NCBI GenBank assembly: GCA_964016885.1
Contig: OZ024743.1
Location: 53,506,001-53,570,000 of the forward strand
Length of the DNA stretch: 64,000 nucleotides
Direction: 5' to 3'
Source of the DNA: Eledone cirrhosa
Taxonomy: Eukaryota
Shown here in pieces: positions 1 through 14,472 of this stretch (the stretch's first letter is position 1; the number at the start of each line of letters is the position of its first letter). The notes below the pieces were generated by a model. That model made no database searches. It saw only the letters and a program-made list of their open reading frames with translations, and had not been told where the DNA came from. A program made the translations under genes and the position numbers.

Positions 1-279
1 TGTAATGTATTGATTATTCTCTCATTCATTTACTGGTTTCAGTCATCAGACTGCGCGGCGATGATTCAAAAATACACATACAAAAAAGAAGTTATGAAAA
101 GAGATAAAATAAATTAAATTCTATGAAATAAAAATCTACAATACGGCTTAATAGTCAAACAAACCACTTGTTTTGTTGATTTGGGTGGAAAACGAACGAG
201 ACTAAAGTTTCCAGCATTGATCTTTAAAATCCGTTGGAAGCGTTAGGAATTAGTTGGTTTTATATACTTAGCAGCTACT

Positions 280-280
<1 letters not shown>

Positions 281-323
<43 letters not shown>

Positions 324-330
324 TCTCTCT

Positions 331-413
<83 letters not shown>

Positions 414-563
414 TCTCTATCTCTCTCTCTCTCACCACTCTCTCTCTCTTACTCATTTCTCTCTCTCACTCACCTCACTCTCTCATTCTCTCTCTTTCTC
501 TCGCCTCAGTCTCTCTCACTCTCTCTCTCCTCACTCATTCTCTCGCTCTCAGTTTCTCTCACG

Positions 564-595
<32 letters not shown>

Positions 596-800
596 ACCTC
601 TCTTACTTTCTCTCACTTCTCTCATGCACTCCCTCTCTCACTGTCTCTCTCACTTTGTCCCTCTCATGATCTCCCTCACACAATCTTTTTCCCACATTCT
701 CTCCCTCCGTCCCTCTTTATTTCACTCACACTTTCACTCCATCCTCTCTCACTCCCCCCTCTCTCTCCCTCCCTCCCTCCCTCCCTCCCTCTCTCCCCTT
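281..800. repeat. (CT)n microsatellite grading into degenerate CT-rich low-complexity sequence
   Basis: Directly visible. It explains the SLSLSL/ERERER pseudo-ORFs. Confidence 0.95.
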
Positions 801-1143
801 CTCCGATATTATCGCTGTATCGTTCAGGTCTCTATTGTTCTGTTCATCGCAAGACACACGCAAAGTTCATTGCAAAGTTTCAACATTTTTATCAAGAAGA
901 TTTAGGTAAAATACTAAAGAAAAAATACGAAAATAGGCGCTATAGAATATAAGACGATAAGCAACCGAGGCTGAAAAACGCGAAATCTATATGAACGTAT
1001 GGACGTAAAAGTGCATATGTTTGAGTATGTATTGGTTCTATGCTGATAAGCATATATACGAGTATATGCATGCATATGTATATGTATGTATATACATATA
1101 TATGTATATACATGCATATATATGTATTATATGTATGTATATG

Positions 1144-1182
<39 letters not shown>

Positions 1183-1314
1183 CTCTATATGACAATGATG
1201 GAATATCCGGTTGGATTCGTTGCCTCTGATTGGTATATATTCAATCAAGCAATTAGACACTGGCACAGGCGCACACACACACACATACGCGCGCGCACAA
1301 ACACACGCACAACA

Positions 1315-1377
<63 letters not shown>

Positions 1378-1391
1378 ACATATATATATAA

Positions 1392-1450
<59 letters not shown>

Positions 1451-1585
1451 CGTGCGCGTCTGTGTGTGTGTGTGCGTGCGCATCTGTGTGCCTATCGGTG
1501 TGTACTGGGTCGCCTGCGTACATATACACACACATATACCTCCTCATTAAAATTACTTACATGAACACATAACAAAACCTACATT

Positions 1586-1664
<79 letters not shown>

Positions 1665-1850
1665 ACATAGTTCAAGAGTAACCAATCTTAAAGAGAGAGA
1701 TGCAGCAGATAGGAGAGGAGATATGAGAGGAGAGATTGGTGAATAAGTTAGAAGCCAACACGTAAAGGCATGTGCTCAATGTGCAGTATGCAGTAGAAAG
1801 CAGCTAGGTGGCTGGGTTTATGCAGAAGTTGGTGCGCAGAGCTGGAAATA

Positions 1851-2216
1851 TTCATTAGTTAAGCAAAACAAGACCACAACTTTCACAAGGAAGACATTAT
1901 TAAAAGATTGTCAACATATTTTAGTTTGATGTAAGGAATCTTTTAAATATGTTAATTATTTTCAACTGAACCAGATCAATTATGATACATAGTAATCTGA
2001 TCCAGAAATATTATATGGAGTAGCGAAACAATTGTAAACGGACATTACCAGTAATGCACTGGGTAATTGATGGCCTTGTGCCAAAAGTAGAAACAATTAT
2101 TATTATTAACATTATTATTATTATTCTCTACATTCCTTACATCAAACTAAAATATGTTGACAATCTTTTAATAATGTCTTCCTTGTGAAATTTGTGGTCT
2201 TGTTTTGCTTAACTAA

Positions 2217-2221
<5 letters not shown>
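1851..2221. repeat. ~88-bp inverted repeat (1851-1939 / 2131-2221) ending at a (TA)n tract; probable PLE tail with inverted copy
   Basis: attcattagttaagcaaaacaagaccacaa...gatgtaaggaat is mirrored by attccttacatc...ttgtggtcttgttttgcttaactaatgaat. A SINE 3' fragment lies in the spacer. Confidence 0.8.
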
Positions 2222-2277
<56 letters not shown>

Positions 2278-2389
2278 ATAAAATTTGAAGTGTTGTCCCA
2301 TCAAGAGTCACCCTATGTAATAGTTCAGAAAACCTAATAAAATACACATTGAAACGGAAAAAGTAGACAGAGATGCCTCTGTCCGCGAA

Positions 2390-2506
<117 letters not shown>

Positions 2507-2559
2507 TATGTGTGTGATGGCCGCGGGTGTAACTGGACATTTGGAAACTCTGCTTCGTA

Positions 2560-2645
2560 GTATCTGACGACCTTGCGATTTCAGAGTCAGGTTCGATCAT
2601 TACATCGATGCTTCGAGCTGGTCGCCAGAGAAACGATTGTAATAT
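2560..2645 (+). ncRNA. Type-I hammerhead ribozyme motif with long stem II
   Basis: gtat CTGACGA [~59 nt structured insert including tcgat-cattac-atcga] GAAAC gatt GTA^ atat. Stem I is short (4 bp, one G-U). Confidence 0.6.
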
Positions 2646-2771
2646 GTCTAATAAATTTTATTCGTCGCAACACTGATCCTCCGTTTCTTATGTAATATCA
2701 TACTCTGCTCTGTAAGAGCATCGAGTGCTCAAACAGCATACGGCTTACGGACGCTTTAAGCATCCCACACC

Positions 2772-2840
<69 letters not shown>

Positions 2841-3059
2841 CTGTTTGCATGCGTGCGTGCATATTCAGGAGGTCTCATGAAGCGAGAAAGGAAAGAGATG
2901 TAGAATATATAGATACAAACAAACAACATAGCCAGTCAAAGTTTGGAATACATAAGAGAGAAATTAATAATAAGAATCAAAATATGACATAAAAGAAAGC
3001 GACAAACCTTTCATTGATTCTTGGTTTGGTTACTGATAGCCACTACATACATATATACA

Positions 3060-3542
3060 TGGTGGCTGCCAACTCGTTTTCGAGTACGGCCACTACTTTA
3101 TATCCATGTAGGAGAACCCCTACCGATGCGCTGAACGAGTGTGACTTTTTAGTCCAGCCAGCGTATTGAAAACTCTGGTACAAACACTACACTTGTGACA
3201 ATTATTGACACATAGTGCTGGGCCCATGGTACCATGTGACGACAAGTGCAGAGAGATCTCCAGATATAAAGCAATGCCTGTGCTGTGAAGCTTTTATAGT
3301 GAGCAAAGGCACTGCACAAAGCCAGTCCCACTCTCTTAACCAAGATGATATTTACCAAAAAGAAGAACAAGTCAACATCATTGGATACCATCAGGGTTGC
3401 AGGTGTTATATCAGAGTTTTCCTTCTCCTAGAATTCTGCCTTGACAAAGGCTAAGGGGTCATCTCTCCCAGTGATTTTGGATGGCCATTGACTCTAAAGA
3501 GCTCCTTTGCCCTTTGACAAGTTTTGTTTTTAGTCCTGCAGG

Positions 3543-3545
<3 letters not shown>
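3060..3545 (-). mobile_element. Decayed 3' end of an RTE-type LINE
   Basis: The minus strand encodes a C2H2 finger (KCSVCTR..TLAGLKSHTRSAH). It ends with ggccgtactcgaaaacgagttggcagccaccat, matching the 3' end of the RTE at ~19350-19381. Confidence 0.7.
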
Positions 3546-3576
<31 letters not shown>

Positions 3577-3786
3577 GTGTGAATATATATACACACACAC
3601 ACACATATATATACATACATACATATATAAACATATATATATATATATATATATACATATATATATACATATATATATACACATATATATATATACATAT
3701 ATATATACACATATATATATGTGTGCGTTTGTGTGTGTAGTTTAGGGATTGTAACGTTACAGACATACAGGCACATATGTACATAC

Positions 3787-3824
<38 letters not shown>

Positions 3825-4409
3825 ATATACAAGCATATATATATATATATGTGTGTGTGCGTGCGTGAGCGCGTGTGTGTGTGTATGCACACGCACACAC
3901 ACACACACACATACAGGCAACGAAAAAAGAACAAAATATCCCCTCCCAAAAAAATACAACGCTCATTGCCCGAAAATGTTAGAAAATATAAAGGCAGAGA
4001 AAAGGTTAAAAATGGCGCCTTATTGACACACATACACGACTAAATGACGTCATTCGCAGCTCTATGCCGACTGTTTCATGAGAGCAACGGATAAAAGGTT
4101 TGTCGTAAGAAATCAGAGGGGAATCTATTGTGTTGATCAGATGCATGTAGGCTCCCTTGTGTGTGTTGGACATCTGCTATGACGACGAATTTTCCAGTTG
4201 GGAGGGTCAGCCTTCCAATAAAAAAACACATACACCATACTAACACATGGGAACATACATATTCACGCATGCGTATACCACAGAGAGACATAATGGTGTA
4301 AATATAACTAACAAGAGGTAACAGATCGCCGAAATAGGAGACACAATTTTGTCGATACACCGCCATTACCTGACTTTATATGTGTACTTAAACAGACTGG
4401 CAGCGGTAT

Positions 4410-4452
4410 ACAGTCCTGATGAAGGGTAATGACCCAGAAACATGTTGACTGT
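4410..4452 (+). ncRNA. Minimal type-I hammerhead ribozyme (PLE-associated)
   Basis: acagtc CTGATGA a gggt-aatg-accc a GAAAC at GTT^ gactgt. Perfect 6-bp stem I and palindromic ACATGT stem III. Confidence 0.85.
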
Positions 4453-4859
4453 TCCTCAAAGCCAGTGTTGAACAAACAGGTGACGATCGGTCACCGGCAT
4501 GGCACAGCTTCAAATTGGGCCGTTTGTTTACAAACGAATCGAATATTATTATTAATGTTCGATATAACCCATACGTACATACGTGTGTGTATATGTATAT
4601 ATATATATGTGTGTGTGCATGTGTGTGTGTGTGCATGTGTGTGTGTGCATGTGTGTATATGTGTGTACGTGTGCATACTTACATTTATGTATCAGGTGTG
4701 CTAAGGCGAGAATTAAAATTCTAATTTCAATATATATATACACACACAAACACGCACATATATATACATATGGAATCCCACCCTATAATATAGATATATA
4801 TAATGTATTGTTTTCTGATTATTATAGGGTGGGATTCCATTTGTGTTGTTATTAATGAT

Positions 4860-5045
4860 GGATTAGTAGTATAGGTAGAGGGTCGGACCCATGCTTTGCA
4901 GCAAAGAGTTACGGCCCTTTATGATCTGAGTTCAAATCCCGCCGAGGTTAACTTTGTCTTTCATCCTTGCGGGGTCGATAAAATAAAGTACCAGTAATAC
5001 ACTGGGATAATTGCTGGCCCCTTGTACCAAAAGTAGAAACAATTA
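4860..5045 (+). mobile_element. tRNA-derived SINE, family A
   Basis: B-box gttcaaatccc, central ccgaggttaactttg.ctttcatcc..cggggtcgataaaataaagtacc, tail ccaaaagtagaaacaattatt. Many copies in the window. Confidence 0.85.
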
Positions 5046-5132
5046 TTGTTATTCTTTTCTTATTTAAAGAGCGGGAAATATCGTATGGTGTCTGTATATT
5101 TTGTGAATAACGCTTTAGCCATGTGTGGTAGT

Positions 5133-5133
5133 C

Positions 5134-5191
<58 letters not shown>

Positions 5192-5195
5192 CAGC

Positions 5196-5235
<40 letters not shown>
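5133..5235. repeat. (GTA)n microsatellite
   Basis: Directly visible. Confidence 0.95.
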
Positions 5236-5557
5236 ATGGTGGTGGTAGTTTTGGCAGAAGTGATGGCCGTGGAGGTTATAGGGAAGGTAATTGAGGTTAA
5301 TGAAAATTTGTGGTAGTGGTAGTGGTGCAGTTGGTCAGAGTGAACAGGAAGCTCCCTCTAGTGACTTCCCAAACTGTAAGATGTGTAATTACTTGGTTTA
5401 GGTCAATAGCAGATGTGTGTTAGAGCACCAACCGAGACGGAAAAACACATACAGTAACACATGCACACACTCGTACAAAAATACACACACCGTTTCATTT
5501 TCTCACTCACGTATGAATATATTCATCAATATATTTATATACACACACATATATATA

Positions 5558-5625
<68 letters not shown>

Positions 5626-5711
5626 TACACACACATATATATATATACACACACACACACACATATATATATAGTAAAAAATTGAACGGGAACAAAACAG
5701 AGAGGCAGTAC

Positions 5712-5749
<38 letters not shown>

Positions 5750-5752
5750 GGT

Positions 5753-6001
5753 GGAGGCATGTGGCCTAGTTGTAAGGGTGTTGGACTTACGATAACAATG
5801 TCGTGGGTTCGATTCCTGGGTTGCGTGTTGTGTTCTTGAGTAAAACTCTTCATGTTGCTCCAGTATGAAAATGAGTACCAGCAATAGCTGAGAGTTGAAA
5901 CCTGCGATGGACTGGCGTCCTGTCCAGGGGGGGGTCTTGTACTCTCAGTCGCTTCACGCCATGAAACCTGGATAACCACCGGCTTAAGACAGACTTTAGA
6001 C

Positions 6002-6003
<2 letters not shown>
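5753..6003 (+). mobile_element. tRNA-derived SINE, family B
   Basis: A-box-like gtggcctagttg, B-box ggttcgattcc, gtgttcttgag core and gcgatggactggcgtcctgtccaggg segment. Related copies at ~17375-17455, 39910-40025, 45170-45420, 59205-59300 and 63105-63335. Confidence 0.8.
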
Positions 6004-6055
<52 letters not shown>

Positions 6056-6096
6056 TTGTGTGTGTGGGCGTATGTGAGTATGTATATATATATATA

Positions 6097-6127
<31 letters not shown>

Positions 6128-6563
6128 CATAGATGTAATAAATAAATAAATAAATATTAAAACCACTTCCGGTCAGCATGGTATAGCAAGCCACATTGGA
6201 CACTGGAATAGTTCCTTTATTTTCCTCAGTCGAAGAGATACTAATCTCGAAATATCAGGTCACAGGAATAGATTAAGGAAAAAAAGAACAAGCACTACTT
6301 TTAGTCCTTTTAACGTTTTAATTTTTCTGCATTGTCGTGGTTTTCCAACTTCGAATTCTATATATATTTATATATATAAATATATTTATATATATAAATA
6401 TATTTCTATATATAAATTACTATTTGTGTTTAAAACATTCAAATATTAACAGATTAAGCAGCCAATACTGGTAGGTAGAATATAAAGTTGAAAAGTGGCC
6501 GTCACTTCGAAACTTCTGCTTGGTCTCTTCATATGTGTAGGAGTATGTATATGTATGTATATG

Positions 6564-6600
<37 letters not shown>

Positions 6601-7509
6601 CTATATATGATGAACATACAAATACATATGTATGTCTGAATATACACATTATGAAAATTCTTTTATTCTTTTATTGGTTTCAGTTACATAGAGCTCCAAG
6701 ATTGTGCGCCATCGTGGCTGCATTCTAATAATACACACACACACATATATATATATATCGGACATATTGATGTTGGTAGATACCATTTAACAGATGTTTG
6801 GTTAGCTGTTACTATTTTGAGAGAAGTGGTAAGTGTGTCGTAGCGTGATGTGTGTGTTGATTAATGTGGTTGAAAAATGATTGGGTCAGGCCACGATGAA
6901 CTGAGAAAGATCAACAATTAAAACCAAAACTGATAATTTTGATATTTTTATTGGTGCTATGGTAAACGCTGACACCATGCAACAAAATATAACAGAATCA
7001 GAATATGCAAAAGGATTGATATATATTGATATATGTATATATCAATCTTTAACAGACTGCAAAATGCAGTGTTCACAGATAAGAGTATTTTGTTTTGTGA
7101 TATGTTGGAATTTTGGACTGAATGTGTGAATGTAGAGATGTTTTTTGAGATAAGACAGTACCATAGTGAGTAGCTGGCTGTGGAACCCTAAACCTCTAGC
7201 CTACAAAGAAGAACCGAATATATAAGGCAAAGAACAGAGTGATGCTGAATTTTTGCTGAGTTTCAATACCCGTATGAGAGCTATTTCCAGTGATGTGTTA
7301 TAGCTATTTCAGCATACGTTTCGTCGCTGTGATAATTTCGCCACACACATGCACACACACACACTCTCTCTCTCCCTCTCTCTCTCTCTACATATATATA
7401 TATATATATATTTGTGTGTATATGCATATAGGTGTGTGTAATCGTACATATGTGAGTGAAGGTATGTTTACTTAGATCCAAGCATCAACACGTGTACACA
7501 TTAACAGAA

Positions 7510-7541
<32 letters not shown>

Positions 7542-7876
7542 ATTATGAAATGATAACAGATGTTAACCCTGCGCCCTGTCACCCCTGTCAGTTTTTGAGA
7601 ACAATTGTATGAGCTAACTCATGTAATTTCACACACCTTAACTACAGCTATGATTTCAAACTTCCATGTTGTTGGCTACTAGCGACAATCAGTCAGACAC
7701 AGCCATGCTTGAACGTCTATGTCTTCCGAATGTCATGTTTGTGACAAATTCAGAAAATAATAAACAAAAATAGATGTTTTAACGTTCACTTAACTCTTTC
7801 CTGTCAACATATATTTCACGTATTGGCAGATTTTATTTAAAATAACTCTCATCTAGATCCTTCTTGAATATCACCT

Positions 7877-7945
<69 letters not shown>

Positions 7946-8128
7946 ATCCCTCTCTCTCTATATATCTTCCCCTCTTTCTCCCTCTCTATTTCTCTCTCTC
8001 TCTCTCTGTCTCACACACACAAACACGCACACAGTTGCATACATTTTCAAATTTCCAACTCTCCCAACGCTTCCTTAATCACAAAGTTTCTCTATATATC
8101 CTCTCTGGATTTTGGTCTTTATCAATAC

Positions 8129-8215
<87 letters not shown>

Positions 8216-8238
8216 CATATATATATATATATATATAT

Positions 8239-8433
8239 AACGAAGGAAGTGTGGTAAGGAACCAGGTAGACTATAACGCACCAGAGTACTCAAAACTTAG
8301 AATAGTAGAGTGGGTAATAGGAAATTGTTCAAGACCCCGACAGCAGAGCTCAAGCCGTTTCGACGGCTATTTCAGCCCAGAAATAGCCGTCGAAACGGCT
8401 TGAGCTCTGCCGTTGGGGTATTGAACATGTTCC
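8239..8433 (-). mobile_element. (TA)n-flanked fold-back PLE-tail element (family P)
   Basis: ~55-bp palindromic arms around gacggctatttc..gaaatagccgtc, plus a conserved tail (ttcctattacccactctac...ttccttcgtt on the minus strand). Same family as 30034, 54465, 60731 and 60948. Confidence 0.8.
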
Positions 8434-8493
8434 TATATATATATATATATATAAATTTTCGCTCTACATGGCTGAATACAATAAATGTAAACT

Positions 8494-8593
8494 GACTGGC
8501 TGATATGCAAATCTGGCTGATCAGTGGATCTGCTAATATGCAGATCTGATTGATCAGTCAGTCTGCTAATATGCAAATCAGGCCGATCAGTCA
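8494..8593. repeat. 33-bp tandem repeat x3 just upstream of a hammerhead
   Basis: Unit ~ctgctaatatgcaaatctggctgatcagtca.t repeated three times. Confidence 0.75.
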
Positions 8594-8645
8594 CTGTATA
8601 TTTTAAAAAATAGCATATATTTTCACTAGCTCTGGCAGTTGGCAG

Positions 8646-8711
8646 GTAAACAGCGAGCTGTACTGATGAAGGGTGATACCCAGAAACATTGGTGTCTGCA
8701 GTTCTGTTTAC
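8646..8711 (+). ncRNA. Type-I hammerhead ribozyme
   Basis: gagctgta CTGATGA a gggt-gat-accc a GAAAC attggt GTC^ tgcagttc. Stem I extends via gtaaacag/ctgtttac. Confidence 0.85.
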
Positions 8712-8836
8712 ATGCCAACACAATAGCAAGAATGAAGTTGTTCATTCTACTGACATGGCTTTAAAATGAGGCTTGTTTGCATAATTGCAAACGAATCGAA
8801 TGTTATTATTAATATTCTAAAAACTCAGATAACATG

Positions 8837-8941
<105 letters not shown>

Positions 8942-9109
8942 TAGAGAGTTAACCGACCAGGGTTTTACAATCCATATACTAGTTAGTCAGCAGTGATACA
9001 AATAAATTGAAGCGCTCGATAACATGTACGAATAGTACAAGCGGGATCATTATAGAATATCAAATACAGTGAAGGTCATGTCCAGTTGTCTGTCAGTTGA
9101 TTTTTATAT

Positions 9110-9185
9110 CCATGATACATATTTCTCTGGGATCCACGACTAGTAGTACTCCTATTCAATCTCCCAGCTCGAGCTCGTCAGATGG
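9110..9185 (-). ncRNA. Type-I hammerhead ribozyme motif with extended stem II
   Basis: Minus strand: ccat CTGACGA gctcgag ctggga...tcccag a GAAA tatgt ATC^ atgg. Confidence 0.6.
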
Positions 9186-9228
9186 TATAAAATATTGAAA
9201 TAAAAACGGCTTCAAACAACTATATATA

Positions 9229-9348
<120 letters not shown>

Positions 9349-10134
9349 CACATAAGCAAATGTTGCACCTAGAAAAAAAAAACAATACGTCGATGTGAAG
9401 AGATTATGAATTTTATTTGCTTTGACATATGTTTCTCTGTCTATTATAAATTGTCTACATATGCTGACTACAATATACATTGTTCAATCATATGCAATAC
9501 TTAATTATTTATTATACTTCATCAGAAAGCCTATAGTAGTGGAATTCAACTATTCACTACGCGGTATAATTCAATAAGGAGATACATATATATAATTGTT
9601 TGAAGCACCTGACGCCTGAAGAAAGGTAATTATTTTGATGCCTCTTGTTTTCTGGGGGTCAAATTTGGGCATTGAAACCTTGGGTAGCGATTTTTTTTCC
9701 GTGTATGAACATAAATAATTAATATATATATATATATATACTTGTATGTATGTATATATGTATGTATGTATGTCAGGTCGCTCACGAGAGCTATTGGTAA
9801 CATGTAACCCAGTACATCCTGTTTCGTCGGCGACTAAACTGGCAACCCCCACCATGCTTGCTTGGTGAGGAGGGTGATATTTGGATATCCTGTGGGATGA
9901 AATACAAGACCAGTATTTTTGACCGTTGGTCAGTCAATGATAAACATTGATGGCCAAATGAATTAACTGTGGAGATATAAATGATGGAGAAGCGAAAACC
10001 AACCAAACAGTGAGTGTGTTCAGTTATTATTTCTGGCAATATTATTACAACAATATGACCCTCCCCAAGTATAACAATATTTGTTTCGACACACGATTTC
10101 ATATCAAAATCCTAGCAAAACAAATTCATCGCCG

Positions 10135-10237
<103 letters not shown>

Positions 10238-10338
10238 TTAACAAAATTAAAGGTGTCATGTCTGAGACGATCAGAAACGTGCGCCATACCAGCTCAAATA
10301 TTCTAAGGAATAATATATATATAACATATTCCTGGACG

Positions 10339-10408
<70 letters not shown>

Positions 10409-10829
10409 TAATCACTCTGCACTTAACGAGAAGGTTCAATTCCACTGACATGATCATAAAGCCAAATGTCGGATAAAGGAATCCTCGCTTAACTATTAGG
10501 TTCTACTCTAAATGACATGGTCATAAAATATCTTTAGAGGTTCTTTTAAAGCATTCCAATGGGCTATAAAGTCCATGAGTATAATTTATTATCGAGTATC
10601 AGTTTTATGTTGAATTAAGTTTCTGAATAATGGAATGTGTAAGGTAGTATAGAAACACTACCGTAGTAGCTGTAAATTTGTGTCATTCGGAAAAGTTGAC
10701 ATCTTCCGTAAAATCCGATCGATAGCAATCCGTCTGAGGAAGGAGCCCCGCGAAATGGGGCGACTGTTGCAGCGTATGTCGCTGGCCATTGTCCGTTGAA
10801 ATGCCTTTGCTATGTTGTCCGTGGAGCCC

Positions 10830-12935
10830 TGCCGAAACATTCCTCTGATATATTTGGTAAACCTTTAACCATATATTGAACTTCCAATCTTGGTAGTTTT
10901 TTTAAAGATTGGTTTCAATATGACCTCTCTCAGACATTGGAAAAATAGTGCCAAAGGGTTTCTGGAAAGTCACCACAAAAACAGTGATGGGTCTCTACGA
11001 CCTGTTCTTGATATAATGTATGTAGTTCAACGGTATATGTCCATTTCGAAACCAGTATAGTCCTTTTTTTAATTTTTTTTTTTAATTGTATTACTCAATG
11101 ATCGATAAGTTTTGAATGTTGTCGAATCTGGTTGAGAAAGTGGGGAACTGAAATTTGTGAGCTTAACTCTGGATTCTTCCCAAAATGTTTCCCACCCTTG
11201 ACTAATTATATGTTTGCTAACTGATTTTACCTGTGAAAGATTTGGGATGTAGTCTATATCTATTATTTCCCTTTGTGCTCCTTCTTTTGCTAATGTGTCT
11301 GCTTTCCTATTTTCTCTAATATGGCTGTATGGCCCGGTATCCAAATCACTGTTATTTCTTTATTATTTTTCTGAGAGGCAGTTATCTATTTTTAGCAGTA
11401 CATTCTCAATATCTATAACCCGACCCCTTTTTCTTGACTGAAGCAGTTCTAGGTTCGATAGAGTATCAGTAAAAGAAAAAAAAAGAAAAAACATTTTTTG
11501 TGGACAATTCCTTAGCTGAATCTATGGATAATGTAATCCCCAACCATTCTGCATCAAATATAGTGTAATCCCGATGTAATCTGAAGTTCATATCTTTATA
11601 ATTATTTTTGAAAGACCAAGTATTTCCACAACCTACTCCCTTGTCTTAATGTCCCCCGTCTGTATAGCAGAGCCAGCTGTTAAAAGAGATTGACTGTGTG
11701 ATAATGTGATGGAGTTCTTTTGTTTCCTCTTTTGTGTTTTTTTAATCATTATTTTAAACAATTTTTATTGTTCTACCCACGGAGAAAGCCAAGTATCATG
11801 CTGTTTTCTTTTGCATTTAAACTGAGCAGTTAACAATTTATGTTTCCTGGACTCTTCTATCAACAAGTGAATTGGAGTTAATCTGCTGCATGAAAAATCA
11901 CTATCTTGGGACACCCCAGTATAGTTTTGCCAATTTGGGTACAGAATCTGTCAATAGCTTAAAGATAGCTAGTACTTGTGTGACCCCAAACCCAGCTGCC
12001 ATACAACAATTCAGCATTGATGACTCCCTTATTATACAGTCTCAAGTGCTTGTATGTTAGGCAATGGAATTTCTTTGAGATTACTTTAGTAATCTAGATG
12101 CCTAGTATCTTGATGGATTTTGGTGGTATCAGTAGTTGGTTCATCAAGTGGTATCAAGTTGGTTCATCGCATTAATAATTGATGGGTTCAGGATTATGGA
12201 AATGAACCATTTTTTAGAGGAATCAAACTTTTAACCATTTTCTTTTGCCAATTCAGTTGCAGTTGATAGAGCTGTGCGTAATTTGGTTTTGTTGTTGATG
12301 ATATTAGATGAAGTGTATCAATTGATATTATCTGCAAAAGCTGATACTTCTACAATCTTATTTAGAGATGTAAACAAGTCTGTTGTGTAACATAGAATGA
12401 GAATGGGTGAGACTGGCGAACCGTGTGGGAGACCCTTTAAAAGGTAAATCATTCTGCTTTTCTCGTTTCCAAGAATCAGACTTGCACTACGATGAGTGAG
12501 AAACCTAGTTAGAAAGATATTTTGGGGATTTCAAATTGGTGTAATTTTTTTTTTTTTTTTTTTACTAGAGTGTCATGAACCACATTGTCATAAGCTTCCT
12601 TAGTGAGATCAAGTTGCCAATATTTTCTGATGAATGTGGTTATTTCATGTACACAGTTCTCAGTGTTTCCATTCACTCGAAATCCGAACTGCGATTTGGG
12701 AGAAATTTTTATTGACTCTCTTACGTAAGATAATCTATTGCCTATGATTTGTTCTAGCATTTTAGAAATATTGCTTAGTAAAGTCATTGGAGGGTATGAT
12801 CTGGTAGAGTGGTAGTTATCCTTATTTGGTTTTGGTATGACTAACGTTTGAGTAAATTTCCTTATATCTGAAGTTGGAATTTAATTATACTATTAAATAT
12901 GTTTACCACTATTTCATGTATTACACCCTGTTCCA
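10830..12935 (-). mobile_element. Decayed LINE with RT and RNase H (I/Nimb/Jockey-group-like), many stops and frameshifts
   Basis: Minus-strand peptides: TLLSNISKMLEQII...QFGFR, GLPHGSPVSPIL, SAFADNI (RT); YTDG, IFDAE, WIPGH, NRKADTLAKEGA (RNase H). Confidence 0.8.
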
Positions 12936-12948
12936 TTGATGATTAAAT

Positions 12949-12982
<34 letters not shown>

Positions 12983-12983
12983 C

Positions 12984-13042
<59 letters not shown>

Positions 13043-13210
13043 TATAGATATAAATAAATATTCACTTCACTACTATGTTTGGTAAAAGACTAAATAACAC
13101 ATGTGCGATAAAAGAGAGAGTGCACATGGAAATAAATATATATATATATATATATATATAATATAATATAAAACGAAAAGTCAGTGATGCATCTGGACTC
13201 AATTTATTGT

Positions 13211-13298
13211 GTGTTACAATTGTTTCGCCGGGAGATAGCTCGAGACACGATCATTGTATGGATCTGTCTGATTCTGGAACTGCAGGTCCGTCGGACAC
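13211..13298 (-). ncRNA. Variant hammerhead motif (CCGA core, long stem II), degenerate copy
   Basis: Minus strand: gtgt CCGACGG acctgcag...ccggc GAAAC aatt GTA^ acac. Paralogue at 44918-45008. Confidence 0.5.
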
Positions 13299-14269
13299 TG
13301 GCAATAATTCCGGATCAAATTTTCTCACTGGGGTGTTAGCGTAAAAAAACATCTTCCTCGCCTGTTCTGCTGTTGGCTGTTGTTTTTCTACGTCATCATA
13401 AATTCTGGCCAATAGTTGCTGTCAGACTGTCCATCAGCTACCCTCCGCCTTACACACTTCAATGAATTCATGCTGGGTTTGGTATTTCACAAGTCCATTC
13501 ACACACACATATACACATATACTCACATACATACATACTCACGTACACATACATATAAATATACATATATATATATAAATATAAATTAGCGAGAATCGTA
13601 TTTCGGCTTAGGAATTAACGAAAAACAACTTCCGAGATGTGTGGCAAGCGCTCAATGATTCAGATGAACCAGAGCTACAACATACGTTAAAGGCCAAACA
13701 TACTGAGACGATGGTTAAGCAATCATAAAAACGACCAAGTAATTCGTGTCAAACAAATAAAAATATATGTGATTGAAAATATATATATATATATATACAT
13801 ATATACCTATATATATATATACACACACTCACATACACACACACACACGCACACAACCATATAACTAACAACATACGCGTCCACAGACGCCTGCCTACAT
13901 GCCCGCGTACATCAGCTCTCATACGCACACACACATGCATACATGGACACACATATGCGTACGCGTATATTTACTCATATACACAAACACTTACAGACAT
14001 ATACATAGACACGTACACGCACATATACACACGTTTTCGTATATAGAGGCACAAAGACAGACTCGCTCCCAAACACACACACATCTCCTCATAATATATA
14101 ACCAGCAATTTCTCTGTTTGTCTGTCTGTCCGACAGTGGAAACACGTGCGCGCGTGCGAATCTTTTTTGCGCACGCATAGAGAGAGAGAGTGAGAGTGAA
14201 AGAAAGAGACAGACTACGAGAGGGGGATAGCGGGAGGGAGAGAGGGGGGAATTGAGGAGTGCTACAGAA

Positions 14270-14472
14270 ACATATATACATTTCTGTGTGTGTGTAATAT
14301 ATATATATATACACACACAGAAATATATATATATACACACAGAAATATATATACATTTCTGTGTGTGTAATATATATATATATATACACACAGAAATATA
14401 TATACATTTCTGTGTGTGTAATATATATATATATATATACACATACATTTCTGTGTGTGTAATATATATATA
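14270..14472. repeat. Tandem array of ~55-bp self-complementary units (atttctgtgtgtg...cacacagaaat)
   Basis: Three to four units visible. Confidence 0.7.

Noticed and set aside
30-55. ctgatga-ct-gaaac-ca-gta on the minus strand
   Set aside because: No stem II and no convincing stem I; looks like a SINE tail remnant.
234-905. 223-aa Ser/Leu ORF, and all YI/CV/HT/ER-repeat ORFs in the track
   Set aside because: Translations of dinucleotide microsatellites with no domain content.
4925-4945. B-box sequences as tRNA genes
   Set aside because: They belong to SINE heads and do not form a cloverleaf.
6222-6268. gagat-acta-atctc GAAA tatcag GTC acagg
   Set aside because: The 3' half is hammerhead-like but the CUGANGA strand is not recognisable; left uncalled.
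10733-10765. ctgagga...gaaa near the LINE 3' region
   Set aside because: The GAAA is the loop of a gccccgc/tggggc hairpin, not downstream of a stem II, and there is no NUH or stem I.
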